56,334 bases of DNA from Polyangiaceae bacterium. GTDB taxonomy: Bacteria; Myxococcota_A; Polyangia; Nannocystales; Nannocystaceae. This document shows positions 9,187 through 17,172 of this stretch, piece after piece. Position 1 is the first letter of the stretch. Each line of letters opens with the position of its first letter. Below the pieces are notes generated by a model, which had not been told where the DNA came from, did not search any database, and saw only the letters and a list, made by a program, of their open reading frames with translations. The stretch spans positions 1 through 56,334 of the forward strand of contig JALSIN010000305.1 in NCBI GenBank assembly GCA_026989935.1. The letters are read 5' to 3'. The position numbers and the translations under genes are program-made.

Positions 9187-9776
9187 GAGGTGGTGACCAT
9201 GGGGGCGGGTAGGTGGGCGGTCTCGGCGTACGCAAAGAGGGTGTCGAGGCCGCCCTCGTAGATTCGCACCTCCGTGATGCTGGCGTGGGCGATGTCGAGC
9301 TTGACCCACGCCTCGAACGGAAGTCCGAGGATCGAGGCGACCAGGTAGCGGATGAGGTTGCCGTGCGTGGCGACGAAGACCAGCTCGTTGCGGCTCGGGG
9401 GGCGGAAGAAGCGGCCGCGCACGCGCTCGACCTGGTGCACCACGGCTCGCCGGACGTGGCCGGGCAGCGGCGGATCCCCGGCGGGGGGAAGCGGGATCGT
9501 CTCGTGCAAGTACGGTTTGATCCGAAGGGTGGACACGCCGGTCTCGTGGCCGACGATCTCCGCCGTCTCGCGGGCGCGGGCCCACGGGCTCGTGTAGATC
9601 CCCTCGAACGACCCGTCGTAGGATGCGAGCAGCGCGCGCAGGTGGCGCCCGAGGCGCACGGCCTGGCGCCGGCCCAGCGGGGACAGGCGGTAGGCCGGAT
9701 CGCTCGTGCGGCCGTCTCGCAGGTAGTGCCCGTGTCGCAGCAGGAGGAGGCGGCGGTGTGGGGGGGAACTCGACAT
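9183..9776 (-). CDS. histidine phosphatase family protein (phosphoglycerate mutase / SixA-like)
   Basis: LLLLRHGHY carries the catalytic RHG motif. SPWARARETA and the ATHGN second His motif are also present. Confidence 0.85.
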   Translation of the reverse strand: MSSSPPHRRLLLLRHGHYLRDGRTSDPAYRLSPLGRRQAVRLGRHLRALLASYDGSFEGIYTSPWARARETAEIVGHETGVSTLRIKPYLHETIPLPPAGDPPLPGHVRRAVVHQVERVRGRFFRPPSRNELVFVATHGNLIRYLVASILGLPFEAWVKLDIAHASITEVRIYEGGLDTLFAYAETAHLPAPMVTTS

Positions 9777-9794
9777 AGAGGAGGGCGGCGCCGA

Positions 9795-10763
9795 ATGGGG
9801 CCGCTTGGGACCCCTTCAGCATACGCCCTGGCGGCCGATGGCGCTTTCGTGGTCACGTGCGCGGCACCCACGGTCCATGAGGCGGAGCGCTACGCGCCGT
9901 TCGTACTCGCGCGCCGGGTGGTGCGCGAACTCGCGGATGGGGCGACCGGTGGTGGGATCGCCACGTTGCCCGGCCATGCCAAGACGGCGCTTTCGCTCGT
10001 TTTCGACGACGACTGTACGGCCGCGGCCCTGCTACGCCTGCTCGAACGGGATCCGATGCTGGCGGGTGCGGTGCTTCAGGCCGCCTCGACGGCCCGGTAC
10101 GCCACGGGGGCGGGACGGCCGATGACGCTGCGCGACGCGGTGCTTCGCCTGGGCGTGTTGGGGATGCGCCCGGTCCTGCTCGAGGCGATTGGTCGAGCCT
10201 ACCTGTTTCAGGGACCGGCTGCCCGGGCGGTGGCGGCGATCTTCGAGCACAGCCTGCGTGTGGCGAACGTGTGCGCCGTGCTCGCACGATTTGGTTCGTC
10301 CGCTGCCGCGACGGGCCCGTGGCAGGATGAGCGCACGCGGCAGGCGGCGTTCGCATGCGGGCTGTTCCACGACGTGGGGCGCGTCCACGTTCTGGCCGTT
10401 GCCTCATCGATCCTGCCCGCGGCGCCCGCGGCCGTCGTTGCCCGGGCGTGCGAGATTGCCCATGCCGACGTGGGTGCGGCCCTGGTCGCACGCTGGGGGT
10501 TGCCGCCCGCGGTCGTGGAGGCGGTCGAGCGCCATCACGGACTGTTCCCAGACCCGAGGATTGGGCCGCCGGTCTGGCACGCGGGGCACCTGGTGGCGCT
10601 TGCGGAGAGCTTGATTCGCACCTGGAAGCAAGGCGCGGATGGGGTTCCCGCGGGTGCGCCGGAGCGGTGGCCGGCGCCGTGGCCGATGCTGCTCGACGAA
10701 CCCGAAGGGACCGTCCGATTGCATCGCGCCCTCGAGGTGGTTCTCGGTCCTCCAAGCCCGTGA
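9795..10763 (+). CDS. HDOD domain signalling protein
   Basis: HDOD-like core: LLRLLERDPMLAGAVLQAASTARY...LRLGVLGMRPVL...GLFHDVGRVHVL...HADVGAALVARWGLPPAVVEAVERHH. I trimmed the start to the ATG at 9795 because the upstream part of ORF 9213..10763 is antisense to the phosphatase gene. The exact start is uncertain. Confidence 0.75.
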   Translation: MGPLGTPSAYALAADGAFVVTCAAPTVHEAERYAPFVLARRVVRELADGATGGGIATLPGHAKTALSLVFDDDCTAAALLRLLERDPMLAGAVLQAASTARYATGAGRPMTLRDAVLRLGVLGMRPVLLEAIGRAYLFQGPAARAVAAIFEHSLRVANVCAVLARFGSSAAATGPWQDERTRQAAFACGLFHDVGRVHVLAVASSILPAAPAAVVARACEIAHADVGAALVARWGLPPAVVEAVERHHGLFPDPRIGPPVWHAGHLVALAESLIRTWKQGADGVPAGAPERWPAPWPMLLDEPEGTVRLHRALEVVLGPPSP

Positions 10764-11092
10764 TTCACCTCGTATCAGACCGAGCAAGCCCTCGGGGCAG
10801 GGGCGGAGCGATGCCCCCGGGGGCATCGGGTGGGATACGCGCCTACATGAGGGCATCCTGGCCATGAAACGCTGTTCTTCCCGGGCTGTGGTGCCGACGC
10901 GAAGGCTTCATCACGGCGTGGGACGATTCTGGTAGATAAAGTCAACGGAGGAACACGATGCACGACAGGACCTTCTGAAGGGCCGTATGGGTCCCATGTA
11001 TCGCAGCCGGTGTCCTTTCGGTCGCCGGTTGTGCATCCGATCGGGGTGGAGGGAAGGCGTCTGGTTCGGGTGGGATCACGGCGACCGGTGGC

Positions 11093-12364
11093 TTGACCAG
11101 TGCGACCTCGGGGACCGGCACGAGTGTTGGGAGCACGAGCCAGGGGGACTCGGGCGACATCAAGTTCGACGTGGGGAACCCAGATGGCGGCGGCGGGCCG
11201 GGGGATTGCACCGGCGGCGGCGGTGGCGGCGGCGGGATGCCCGAGTTCAGTTACATCTGGATCGCGAACTCTCCAGAGGGCACGGTTTCGAAGATCGATA
11301 CCCGGACGGGGGTGGAACTCGGGCGGTACGTCACGGGGCCGGAGGCCGACCGGCAGCCGTCGCGGACGTCGGTCAATCTCGTGGGGGACGCGGTGGTGGT
11401 CAACCGCGGCAGCCAGCTCGGGGGCCCCGGGAGCATCACGATGATTGCGGCCGTCGAGGAGCGGTGCGTGGACAAGAACAACAACGGGATGATCGATACC
11501 TCCACCGGACCGGCGGACGTCAGGCCGTGGGGGCAGGACGAGTGTGTGTTGTGGAACCACTTCATTCCGTCGGTCGATTACCCCAGGGGCCCACGGCCGG
11601 TGGCCTGGGAAGGGACGGTGGACCAGGGCGGATGTGCGTTGCCGAACCCTCGCGTGTGGGTTGGATACTACGATGCAGGATCGAATACCGGAATCTTTCG
11701 CCGGCTCGACGGGGCCACCGGGCAGCAACTCGACGAGGTGACCGTGACGAACTGGTCGGGCCTCAACTTCGGACCGTACGGTGGCGCGGTCAACAAGAAC
11801 GGCGACTTCATCGTGGTCGGTTGGCAGCAAGGGCCGCTCATTCGGATCGACGCCGAGACGCTCCAGGTGGACCGCTGGGCCTTCCCGCAGCCGCCGCAGG
11901 TGCAGCAGTCCTGGTCCTACGGCATGGCCCTGGACCCGGACGGCAACGCCTGGATCGCGAGCGCCGGCTCGGCGGTCGGCTTCGACTTCGCCTCCCAGCA
12001 ATGGACGGTGATCCCCACCACGAACCAGTCCATGCGGGGGGTGATGGTGGACCGCCAGTGGCGCGCCTGGTACGCCGTGGACGGGTCGGCCTCGTTCGGT
12101 TGCGGCCTCGCCGTGGTCGATACCCAGACCAAGACCCTTCTGCAAGATCTCGTTCCGCTGCCGGGTTGCAGCACCCCGGTCGGGGTGAGCATCGACGTGG
12201 ACGGTTACGTGTGGGTCGTGGACCAGGGGGCCAACCTAGCGTTCAAGGTGGACCCGGACACCTACCAGATCGAGTTGACGGTCACCGGACTGGTCGCGCC
12301 GTACACGTACTCCGACATGACGGGCGGCGGCCTGGGCCTCGTGGTGAACCCACCCCAGGGGTGA
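11093..12364 (+). CDS. beta-propeller (NHL/Vgb-like repeat) lipoprotein whose signal-peptide region is interrupted upstream
   Basis: Repeated strands of the type GMALDPDGNAWIAS and VGVSIDVDGYVWVVDQG. In the same frame upstream, ATG 10958 (SD GGAGGA) reads MHDRTF-TGA-RAVWVPCIAAGVLSVAGC, a lipobox. See the finding at 10958-11092. Confidence 0.75.
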   Translation: MTSATSGTGTSVGSTSQGDSGDIKFDVGNPDGGGGPGDCTGGGGGGGGMPEFSYIWIANSPEGTVSKIDTRTGVELGRYVTGPEADRQPSRTSVNLVGDAVVVNRGSQLGGPGSITMIAAVEERCVDKNNNGMIDTSTGPADVRPWGQDECVLWNHFIPSVDYPRGPRPVAWEGTVDQGGCALPNPRVWVGYYDAGSNTGIFRRLDGATGQQLDEVTVTNWSGLNFGPYGGAVNKNGDFIVVGWQQGPLIRIDAETLQVDRWAFPQPPQVQQSWSYGMALDPDGNAWIASAGSAVGFDFASQQWTVIPTTNQSMRGVMVDRQWRAWYAVDGSASFGCGLAVVDTQTKTLLQDLVPLPGCSTPVGVSIDVDGYVWVVDQGANLAFKVDPDTYQIELTVTGLVAPYTYSDMTGGGLGLVVNPPQG

Positions 12365-12403
12365 GTACGACGCGCCAGGGCCAGGCAAGGTGCGCCAATG
12401 GCG

Positions 12404-12646
12404 CTATGCCGAGGGACGTCGCACGCGCATCAGCGCGGTCCGGCCGTTGACCGTCACGCTGACCGCGAGGTGGCCCACGTCCCAGCCGAACGGGCCCAGG
12501 AATCCCCACCAGGCGGCCGACTCGAGGAGTTGCCGGTGCAGAACCCGTGCTTCGGCCACGGTGCGTGCGTTCCACACGAACGCGTCCGCCGCGTCCACCG
12601 GTGGGACCTCGATGGGAGCCGTATCTTCCGTGCGCTCGATGAACAT
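12404..12646 (-). CDS. small hypothetical protein (80 aa)
   Basis: The ATG at 12646 follows a strong SD (GGGAGGAG, reverse complement of 12651-12658). The composition is not the Arg/Pro-rich noise typical of spurious frames (MFIERTEDTAPIEVPPVDAADAFVWNARTVAEARVLHRQLLESAAWWGF...). No family was recognised. Confidence 0.55.
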   Translation of the reverse strand: MFIERTEDTAPIEVPPVDAADAFVWNARTVAEARVLHRQLLESAAWWGFLGPFGWDVGHLAVSVTVNGRTALMRVRRPSA

Positions 12647-12798
12647 GCTGCTCCTCCCGACCCGTTCGACCCCGGCGATCGGGTGGTTTCCGGGGTTGGT
12701 GCGACAATTCGACGTTTTTGCTCGCCTTGTACTGAGGATCACAAAAAGTTCATCCGCAGAATGTTCGGGACGGCAGGGGGCCGGGGAGATGTCGTAGG

Positions 12799-13083
12799 AT
12801 GGTGGCAGTGTCGGCTGGAGCGAACTCCCGTGTCCTGCGATGCAACGCCTGTGGTGCGACGATCCCGGTTCGTACCTTCAAGGCGGGGCGAATCGTCTGC
12901 CCCGTCTGCGGCGCCGAACGGGGGCTGGCGACCGATCTGCTGGCGCGCCTGCGCGAGGAGGTACCACCCGACGCCGTCGCTCCGGCGGCGGCCCCCGAGG
13001 CCCGGGCACGGGTGCGCCCCGCGTTGCTCGTGATCGTGGTCGTCGTGCTGGGGGCGACCGTCTATCTCCTCGCTTTGCGGTGA
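12799..13083 (+). CDS. zinc-ribbon protein with a C-terminal transmembrane anchor (94 aa)
   Basis: CNAC-x15-CPVC forms a zinc-ribbon pair. The C-terminal hydrophobic helix is ALLVIVVVVLGATVYLLAL. It starts with ATG. Confidence 0.55.
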   Translation: MVAVSAGANSRVLRCNACGATIPVRTFKAGRIVCPVCGAERGLATDLLARLREEVPPDAVAPAAAPEARARVRPALLVIVVVVLGATVYLLALR

Positions 13084-13159
13084 AGCTCCGTGGCGTCTTC
13101 GATCACCGGCTTGTCCGAATGCGGCGCGTCCACCCGGGGCGCGGGGGCCTTTGCGTACG

Positions 13160-14371
13160 ATGAAGCGTCCCGGCGCTAGTTTGAAGGGTCGGCCGGGATT
13201 GCGACGCAAGCGGGCCCTGTCGAACCTCGAAGGTCCAATCGAGGTTTTCGGGGATCGTCTCGTGGGCGCCCTGCTGGCGCAGGCGTTCGAGCGCTGCGCG
13301 ATGGACCCGGCGAGGGCGCCTTCGATCCACGGCTTCCACACCTATCCGGCCCGCATGCACCCCCTGGCGGCCGAGGTCCTGGTGCGGGGGTTCTCGGCGC
13401 CCGGGGCGCGCGTGCTCGACCCGTTCTGCGGAGGTGGCACCGTCCTCGTCGAGGCCCTGCGGGCCGGTTGCGAGGTTGCCGGCACCGATCTTTCGCCCCT
13501 CGCGGTGCGTCTGGCCCGGGTCCGCAGCGATCCGGGCTCGGAGGGCATGCGCCGGGAACTGGTAGTGGTGGGGGAGGCCGTGGCGGCGACCGTGCGGGCC
13601 GGGGACGCACCGCGCTTCCGGATCCCGCGGCGCGAGGTCGGTTGGTACGCCCCGCACGTGCTCGCGGAGCTTTCGGCCCTGCGGGGGGCCATTGCCGGCG
13701 TCCGGCACGGCTGGGTCCGTGAGCGATTGCTTTTCGTCCTGTCTTCGCTGGTCGTCAAGGCCTCGCGCCAGCGATCGGAGACCGTCGCCAGGCGCGTGTC
13801 CAAGACGATCGCGCGCGGCGCCGTCACGCGGTGGTTCGTCGAGCGCACCCGTTCGTTGGCGGGGGCGCTCGCGGAGCTCGAGCGCGACCTCGGGGGGCGT
13901 CGCGGCGCGGGGACGGTCGCCGTCGCCGACGCGCGCACGGCCGACGAGGTGGTGGGTCGGCGCAGCATCGACCTGGTGCTCACCTCACCGCCGTACGGCG
14001 GGACGTACGACTATGCGCTGCATCATGCCCGCCGCGGTCCGTGGCTCGGTATCGACTTCGACAGACTCGCGCGTGGCGAAATCGGCGCGCGCCGGGACGG
14101 CGCCCGCACCGATCGGGCCACCTTCGACGCTCAGGTGGAGGCCTACCTGCGAGCTGCCGCCCGCACCCTCGTCCCTGGGGGGCGTGTCGTGTTGCTCGTC
14201 GGAGACGGTCGCTGGGCCGGCGAGATGATCGAGGCGCGCGCCCAGATCGAGCGGCTCGGGGCTGGGGCGGGGCTTGCGTTGCGGGCCGCCGCCCGGCAGC
14301 CGCGCCGTGACCCGTCCGGTGGCCCGCGGCGCTTCGAGTGGCTGCTCGTGCTCGAACGCGACGGCGCGTAG
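13160..14371 (+). CDS. SAM-dependent N-methyltransferase with an (S)PPY motif; DNA N6A/N4C or RNA m2G type; orphan
   Basis: VLDPFCGGGTVLVEA is SAM motif I, preceded by HTYPARMHP. LVLTSPPYGGTYDY is the catalytic motif IV. The start could be TTG 13151, ATG 13160, or a later ATG (MDPARAP). Confidence 0.75.
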   Translation: MKRPGASLKGRPGLRRKRALSNLEGPIEVFGDRLVGALLAQAFERCAMDPARAPSIHGFHTYPARMHPLAAEVLVRGFSAPGARVLDPFCGGGTVLVEALRAGCEVAGTDLSPLAVRLARVRSDPGSEGMRRELVVVGEAVAATVRAGDAPRFRIPRREVGWYAPHVLAELSALRGAIAGVRHGWVRERLLFVLSSLVVKASRQRSETVARRVSKTIARGAVTRWFVERTRSLAGALAELERDLGGRRGAGTVAVADARTADEVVGRRSIDLVLTSPPYGGTYDYALHHARRGPWLGIDFDRLARGEIGARRDGARTDRATFDAQVEAYLRAAARTLVPGGRVVLLVGDGRWAGEMIEARAQIERLGAGAGLALRAAARQPRRDPSGGPRRFEWLLVLERDGA

Positions 14372-14452
14372 AGCGGGTGCCGGCGACGTGTACCGCGGCC
14401 GCCATCGACGCAGCGTACGGTGGGCGAGATGGCCCCCGCCTGGCGTCGGCGC

Positions 14453-15451
14453 TCAACCGTCGTCGTCGAGGTGCACCGCGCCGCGCGTGAGGTGACGGCA
14501 CAGAGTGGCGACGTCGAGGTTCGCGCCGCAGACCACCAGGCCCACCGTGGCGCCTGCCAGCTCTTCGCGCAGCGGGCCGAGGATCGCGGCCGTGGCGGCG
14601 GCGCCGGCGGGTTCCACCGCGAGCTTGGCGTCCCGGGCGAGCAGGGCCATCGCCGCGCAAAGTTCGTCGTCCTCGACGCGGACCACCCGGTGGAGGTTCT
14701 CCCGGCAGATCGAGAAGGTCAGCGGGGCGGCGAACGGGGCGCCGAGGCTGTCGGCGATCGTGTCCACCCGCTCGATGGCGACGGGATGGCCGGCGGCGAG
14801 GCTGCGCGCCATGGTGTCGGCGCCGCGGGGCTCGACGCCGTAGACCCGCGCTCGCGGCAGGGCGCGGCGCACCGCCAGGCTCACGCCCGCGGCGAGGCCA
14901 CCGCCGCCGATGGGGACCACCACGGCGTCGAGGTCCGGGGCGTCGTGGACGAACTCGCGGCCCAGGGTGGCCGTGCCGGCCACGACCCATGGGCTCTCGA
15001 ACGGGTGGATGAAGGCGCGGTCTTCCTCGTCCCGTACGGTCTCGGCGCGGGTGAAGGCGGCGTGGACGTCCGGTTCGAGGATCACGTCGGCTCCGAGGCG
15101 GCGGCACCGATCCACGCGGGCCGGACTCGCGGTCCGCGGCATCACCACCTTCGCGTGGCTTCCAAGGACCCTTGCGGCATAGGCCACGGCGAGCGCGTGG
15201 TTGCCCGCGCTCACCGCCACCAGGCCCCGCCGGCGTGCTTCGGGGGCGAGGGCGAGGACCGAGGCGAGGGCGCCGCGGGGCTTGAAGCTCCCGGTCTTCT
15301 GAAAGAGTTCGAGCTTGAGGAAGATCCGCGCGCCGGCCGGGCCGCGGTTCGCCAGCTCGAGCCCCGGGTAGGCGATCGTGGGCGTACGGACGATGTAGGG
15401 CGCGATCGAGGCGGCCAACGCGTCCACCTCGGCGGGCGTGGGGACGTGCAC
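14453..15451 (-). CDS. PLP-dependent threonine/serine dehydratase family enzyme
   Basis: LELFQKTGSFKPRGA carries the PLP-lysine motif. AVSAGNHALAVAYAA and the PIGGGGLAAG glycine loop are present. GTG start. Confidence 0.88.
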   Translation of the reverse strand: MHVPTPAEVDALAASIAPYIVRTPTIAYPGLELANRGPAGARIFLKLELFQKTGSFKPRGALASVLALAPEARRRGLVAVSAGNHALAVAYAARVLGSHAKVVMPRTASPARVDRCRRLGADVILEPDVHAAFTRAETVRDEEDRAFIHPFESPWVVAGTATLGREFVHDAPDLDAVVVPIGGGGLAAGVSLAVRRALPRARVYGVEPRGADTMARSLAAGHPVAIERVDTIADSLGAPFAAPLTFSICRENLHRVVRVEDDELCAAMALLARDAKLAVEPAGAAATAAILGPLREELAGATVGLVVCGANLDVATLCRHLTRGAVHLDDDG

Positions 15452-15508
15452 AGGGCGAGCGTATCAAGCTGCCCGGCGGGCGGCGGGCCGAGGCCGACGC
15501 GCGGGCGG

Positions 15509-17143
15509 TCAGGGAGCCTCGACGGTCGAGGTCCGGTCGGGCCGCACGCGAACGGTGCGCTGCAGGAGCTTGCGCTCGGGGATGCAGACCGGGGGCCGGC
15601 ACACGACCTCGACGCGATGGCGGCCGGACGCGACCGGGCGCCCCACCAGCGGGGTGTGGCCGGCGTCGCGTCCGTCGATCCGCACTTCGGCCCAGCTGAC
15701 CCCGGGCGCCAGCACCGTGATCCGGCCGGGGCGTGCCGAACCGGCGGTGGCCGCAGGATGCTCGCGCCCGCTCGGGGCGTCGCGGGGCGCGGGACGGGGG
15801 GGGCGTCCACCGGGTTCGGGGGAGGTGGCGGGCGTGGCGGCCTGCTCGGTCGAAGTGCCGCCGGGGGTCGAGGGCGAGGGGGGCGGCGGAACGGTCCGTC
15901 GGTCCCCGGTTGGCGTTCGTTCCTCGACTTCGGCCGGCGGGGGGGGCGAATCGCCCGATCCGGCTGCCGCGGGTCCTACCGGCGGCGCGGGAGGCGTGCG
16001 CCGCGAAACGCCCATCTGGGCCGAGATCCAGACTGCGACCCCGGTCGCGAGGGTCGCACCGATCCAGGCGGCTCGTCGCCGGCGCCGGCGAACACCGGAG
16101 GGCGGCTGGTCGGGGGGGGGCGAGTCCGTGGGCGTTCGGACGGGGGTCGCGGGCAGGCGCGTGGCGAACGTTCGGGTGCGTCCCTCCGCCGTGGCGGTTG
16201 CAGGTAGCGTGGGCGGCGTGCAGGGGCCGGTACCCATCGTGGCAGTGCCGTCGCCGGCCGCGTTCGCCGCGTCCTGTGGTGCGCCGGGCAGCAAGGCGGC
16301 GAGCAGGCGGGCCACGTCGCGGTTCGTGGTCGAGGCCGCGCGGTTCGCCAGCACGGGTGCGAGGGCTTCGAGGAATGCCCCTGCATCCGCGAAACGCCGA
16401 TCGGGGTCGAGATCGATGGCACGCTCGACCACGGCGCGCAGGTCTGCGGGCAAGGGAGACAAGTCCGGGGCGGCGTAGACGCCGGCGCGCGAGAAGGCCG
16501 GCCGCAGCGTCCACAGCTCGTATAGCAGCGCGCCGATGCTGAACACGTCGGCGCGCGGGTCGGGTGCGGCCGCGCGTTGTTGCTCCGGCGCCGCATACCC
16601 GGCCGATCCCATGCGCGCACCCCGACCTGCGCGGGCGAACATCGCGATGCCGAAGTCCACGATTCGGACCTGACCGCTTCGTTCCACGAGGACGTTGCGT
16701 GGCGAGAGGTCGCGGTGCACCAGGGGGGGGCGGGTGGTGTCTCCGGCGTGCGCGTAGGCCATCCCCTCGAGGACCTGGCGCACGATGTGGAGCACCTGGG
16801 GCTGCGGCAGGGGACGGCCGGCCTTTCGGGCCGCCCCGACGAGCTGCGAAAGGGACGGGCCGTCGACGTAGGCCATCGCGATGTAGAGCACCCCGTCCTG
16901 GTCGCCGAGTTCATAGATGGGGACGATATTGCCATGAGACAGCAATACGGCCGTCTTGGCCTCCGCGGCGAACAGGTCCACGAAGCGGGGATCGCCCGAC
17001 AACTCGGGGAGGATCGTCTTGATCACCAGGCGCTGTTCGAAACCGAGGGCCCCTTCGAGGGTGGCCAGGAAGACCTCCCCCATGCCCCCGCGGGCCAGAT
17101 GGCGGACCAGGCGATACTTGCCGAACGTGCAGGGTAGGGGCAT
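15509..17143 (-). CDS. transmembrane Ser/Thr protein kinase with a C-terminal PEGA-like domain
   Basis: Hanks kinase motifs GRGGMGEVFLA, HRDLSPRNVLV, DFGIA and APE. TM helix AAWIGATLATGVAVWISA. The C-terminal beta domain reads ITVLAPGVSWAEVRIDGRDAGHTPL. I chose the start at the second ATG (MPLPCTFGKYRL). Confidence 0.9.
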   Translation of the reverse strand: MPLPCTFGKYRLVRHLARGGMGEVFLATLEGALGFEQRLVIKTILPELSGDPRFVDLFAAEAKTAVLLSHGNIVPIYELGDQDGVLYIAMAYVDGPSLSQLVGAARKAGRPLPQPQVLHIVRQVLEGMAYAHAGDTTRPPLVHRDLSPRNVLVERSGQVRIVDFGIAMFARAGRGARMGSAGYAAPEQQRAAAPDPRADVFSIGALLYELWTLRPAFSRAGVYAAPDLSPLPADLRAVVERAIDLDPDRRFADAGAFLEALAPVLANRAASTTNRDVARLLAALLPGAPQDAANAAGDGTATMGTGPCTPPTLPATATAEGRTRTFATRLPATPVRTPTDSPPPDQPPSGVRRRRRRAAWIGATLATGVAVWISAQMGVSRRTPPAPPVGPAAAGSGDSPPPPAEVEERTPTGDRRTVPPPPSPSTPGGTSTEQAATPATSPEPGGRPPRPAPRDAPSGREHPAATAGSARPGRITVLAPGVSWAEVRIDGRDAGHTPLVGRPVASGRHRVEVVCRPPVCIPERKLLQRTVRVRPDRTSTVEAP

Positions 17144-17172
17144 CGCCGGCGCCGGGGTCGCCACGAAGGACC

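Noticed and set aside
9213-9794. The first 194 codons of ORF 9213..10763 as part of the HDOD protein.
   Set aside because: This stretch is exactly antisense to the well-supported histidine phosphatase gene and has Arg/Gly/Asp-rich noise composition. The HDOD similarity begins only after ~9900.
13160-14371. The methyltransferase as part of a restriction-modification or other defence system.
   Set aside because: No endonuclease, specificity subunit, helicase, or other defence-associated gene lies within several kb. The flanking genes are a dehydratase and small unknown ORFs. It is treated as an orphan methyltransferase of uncertain DNA or RNA target.
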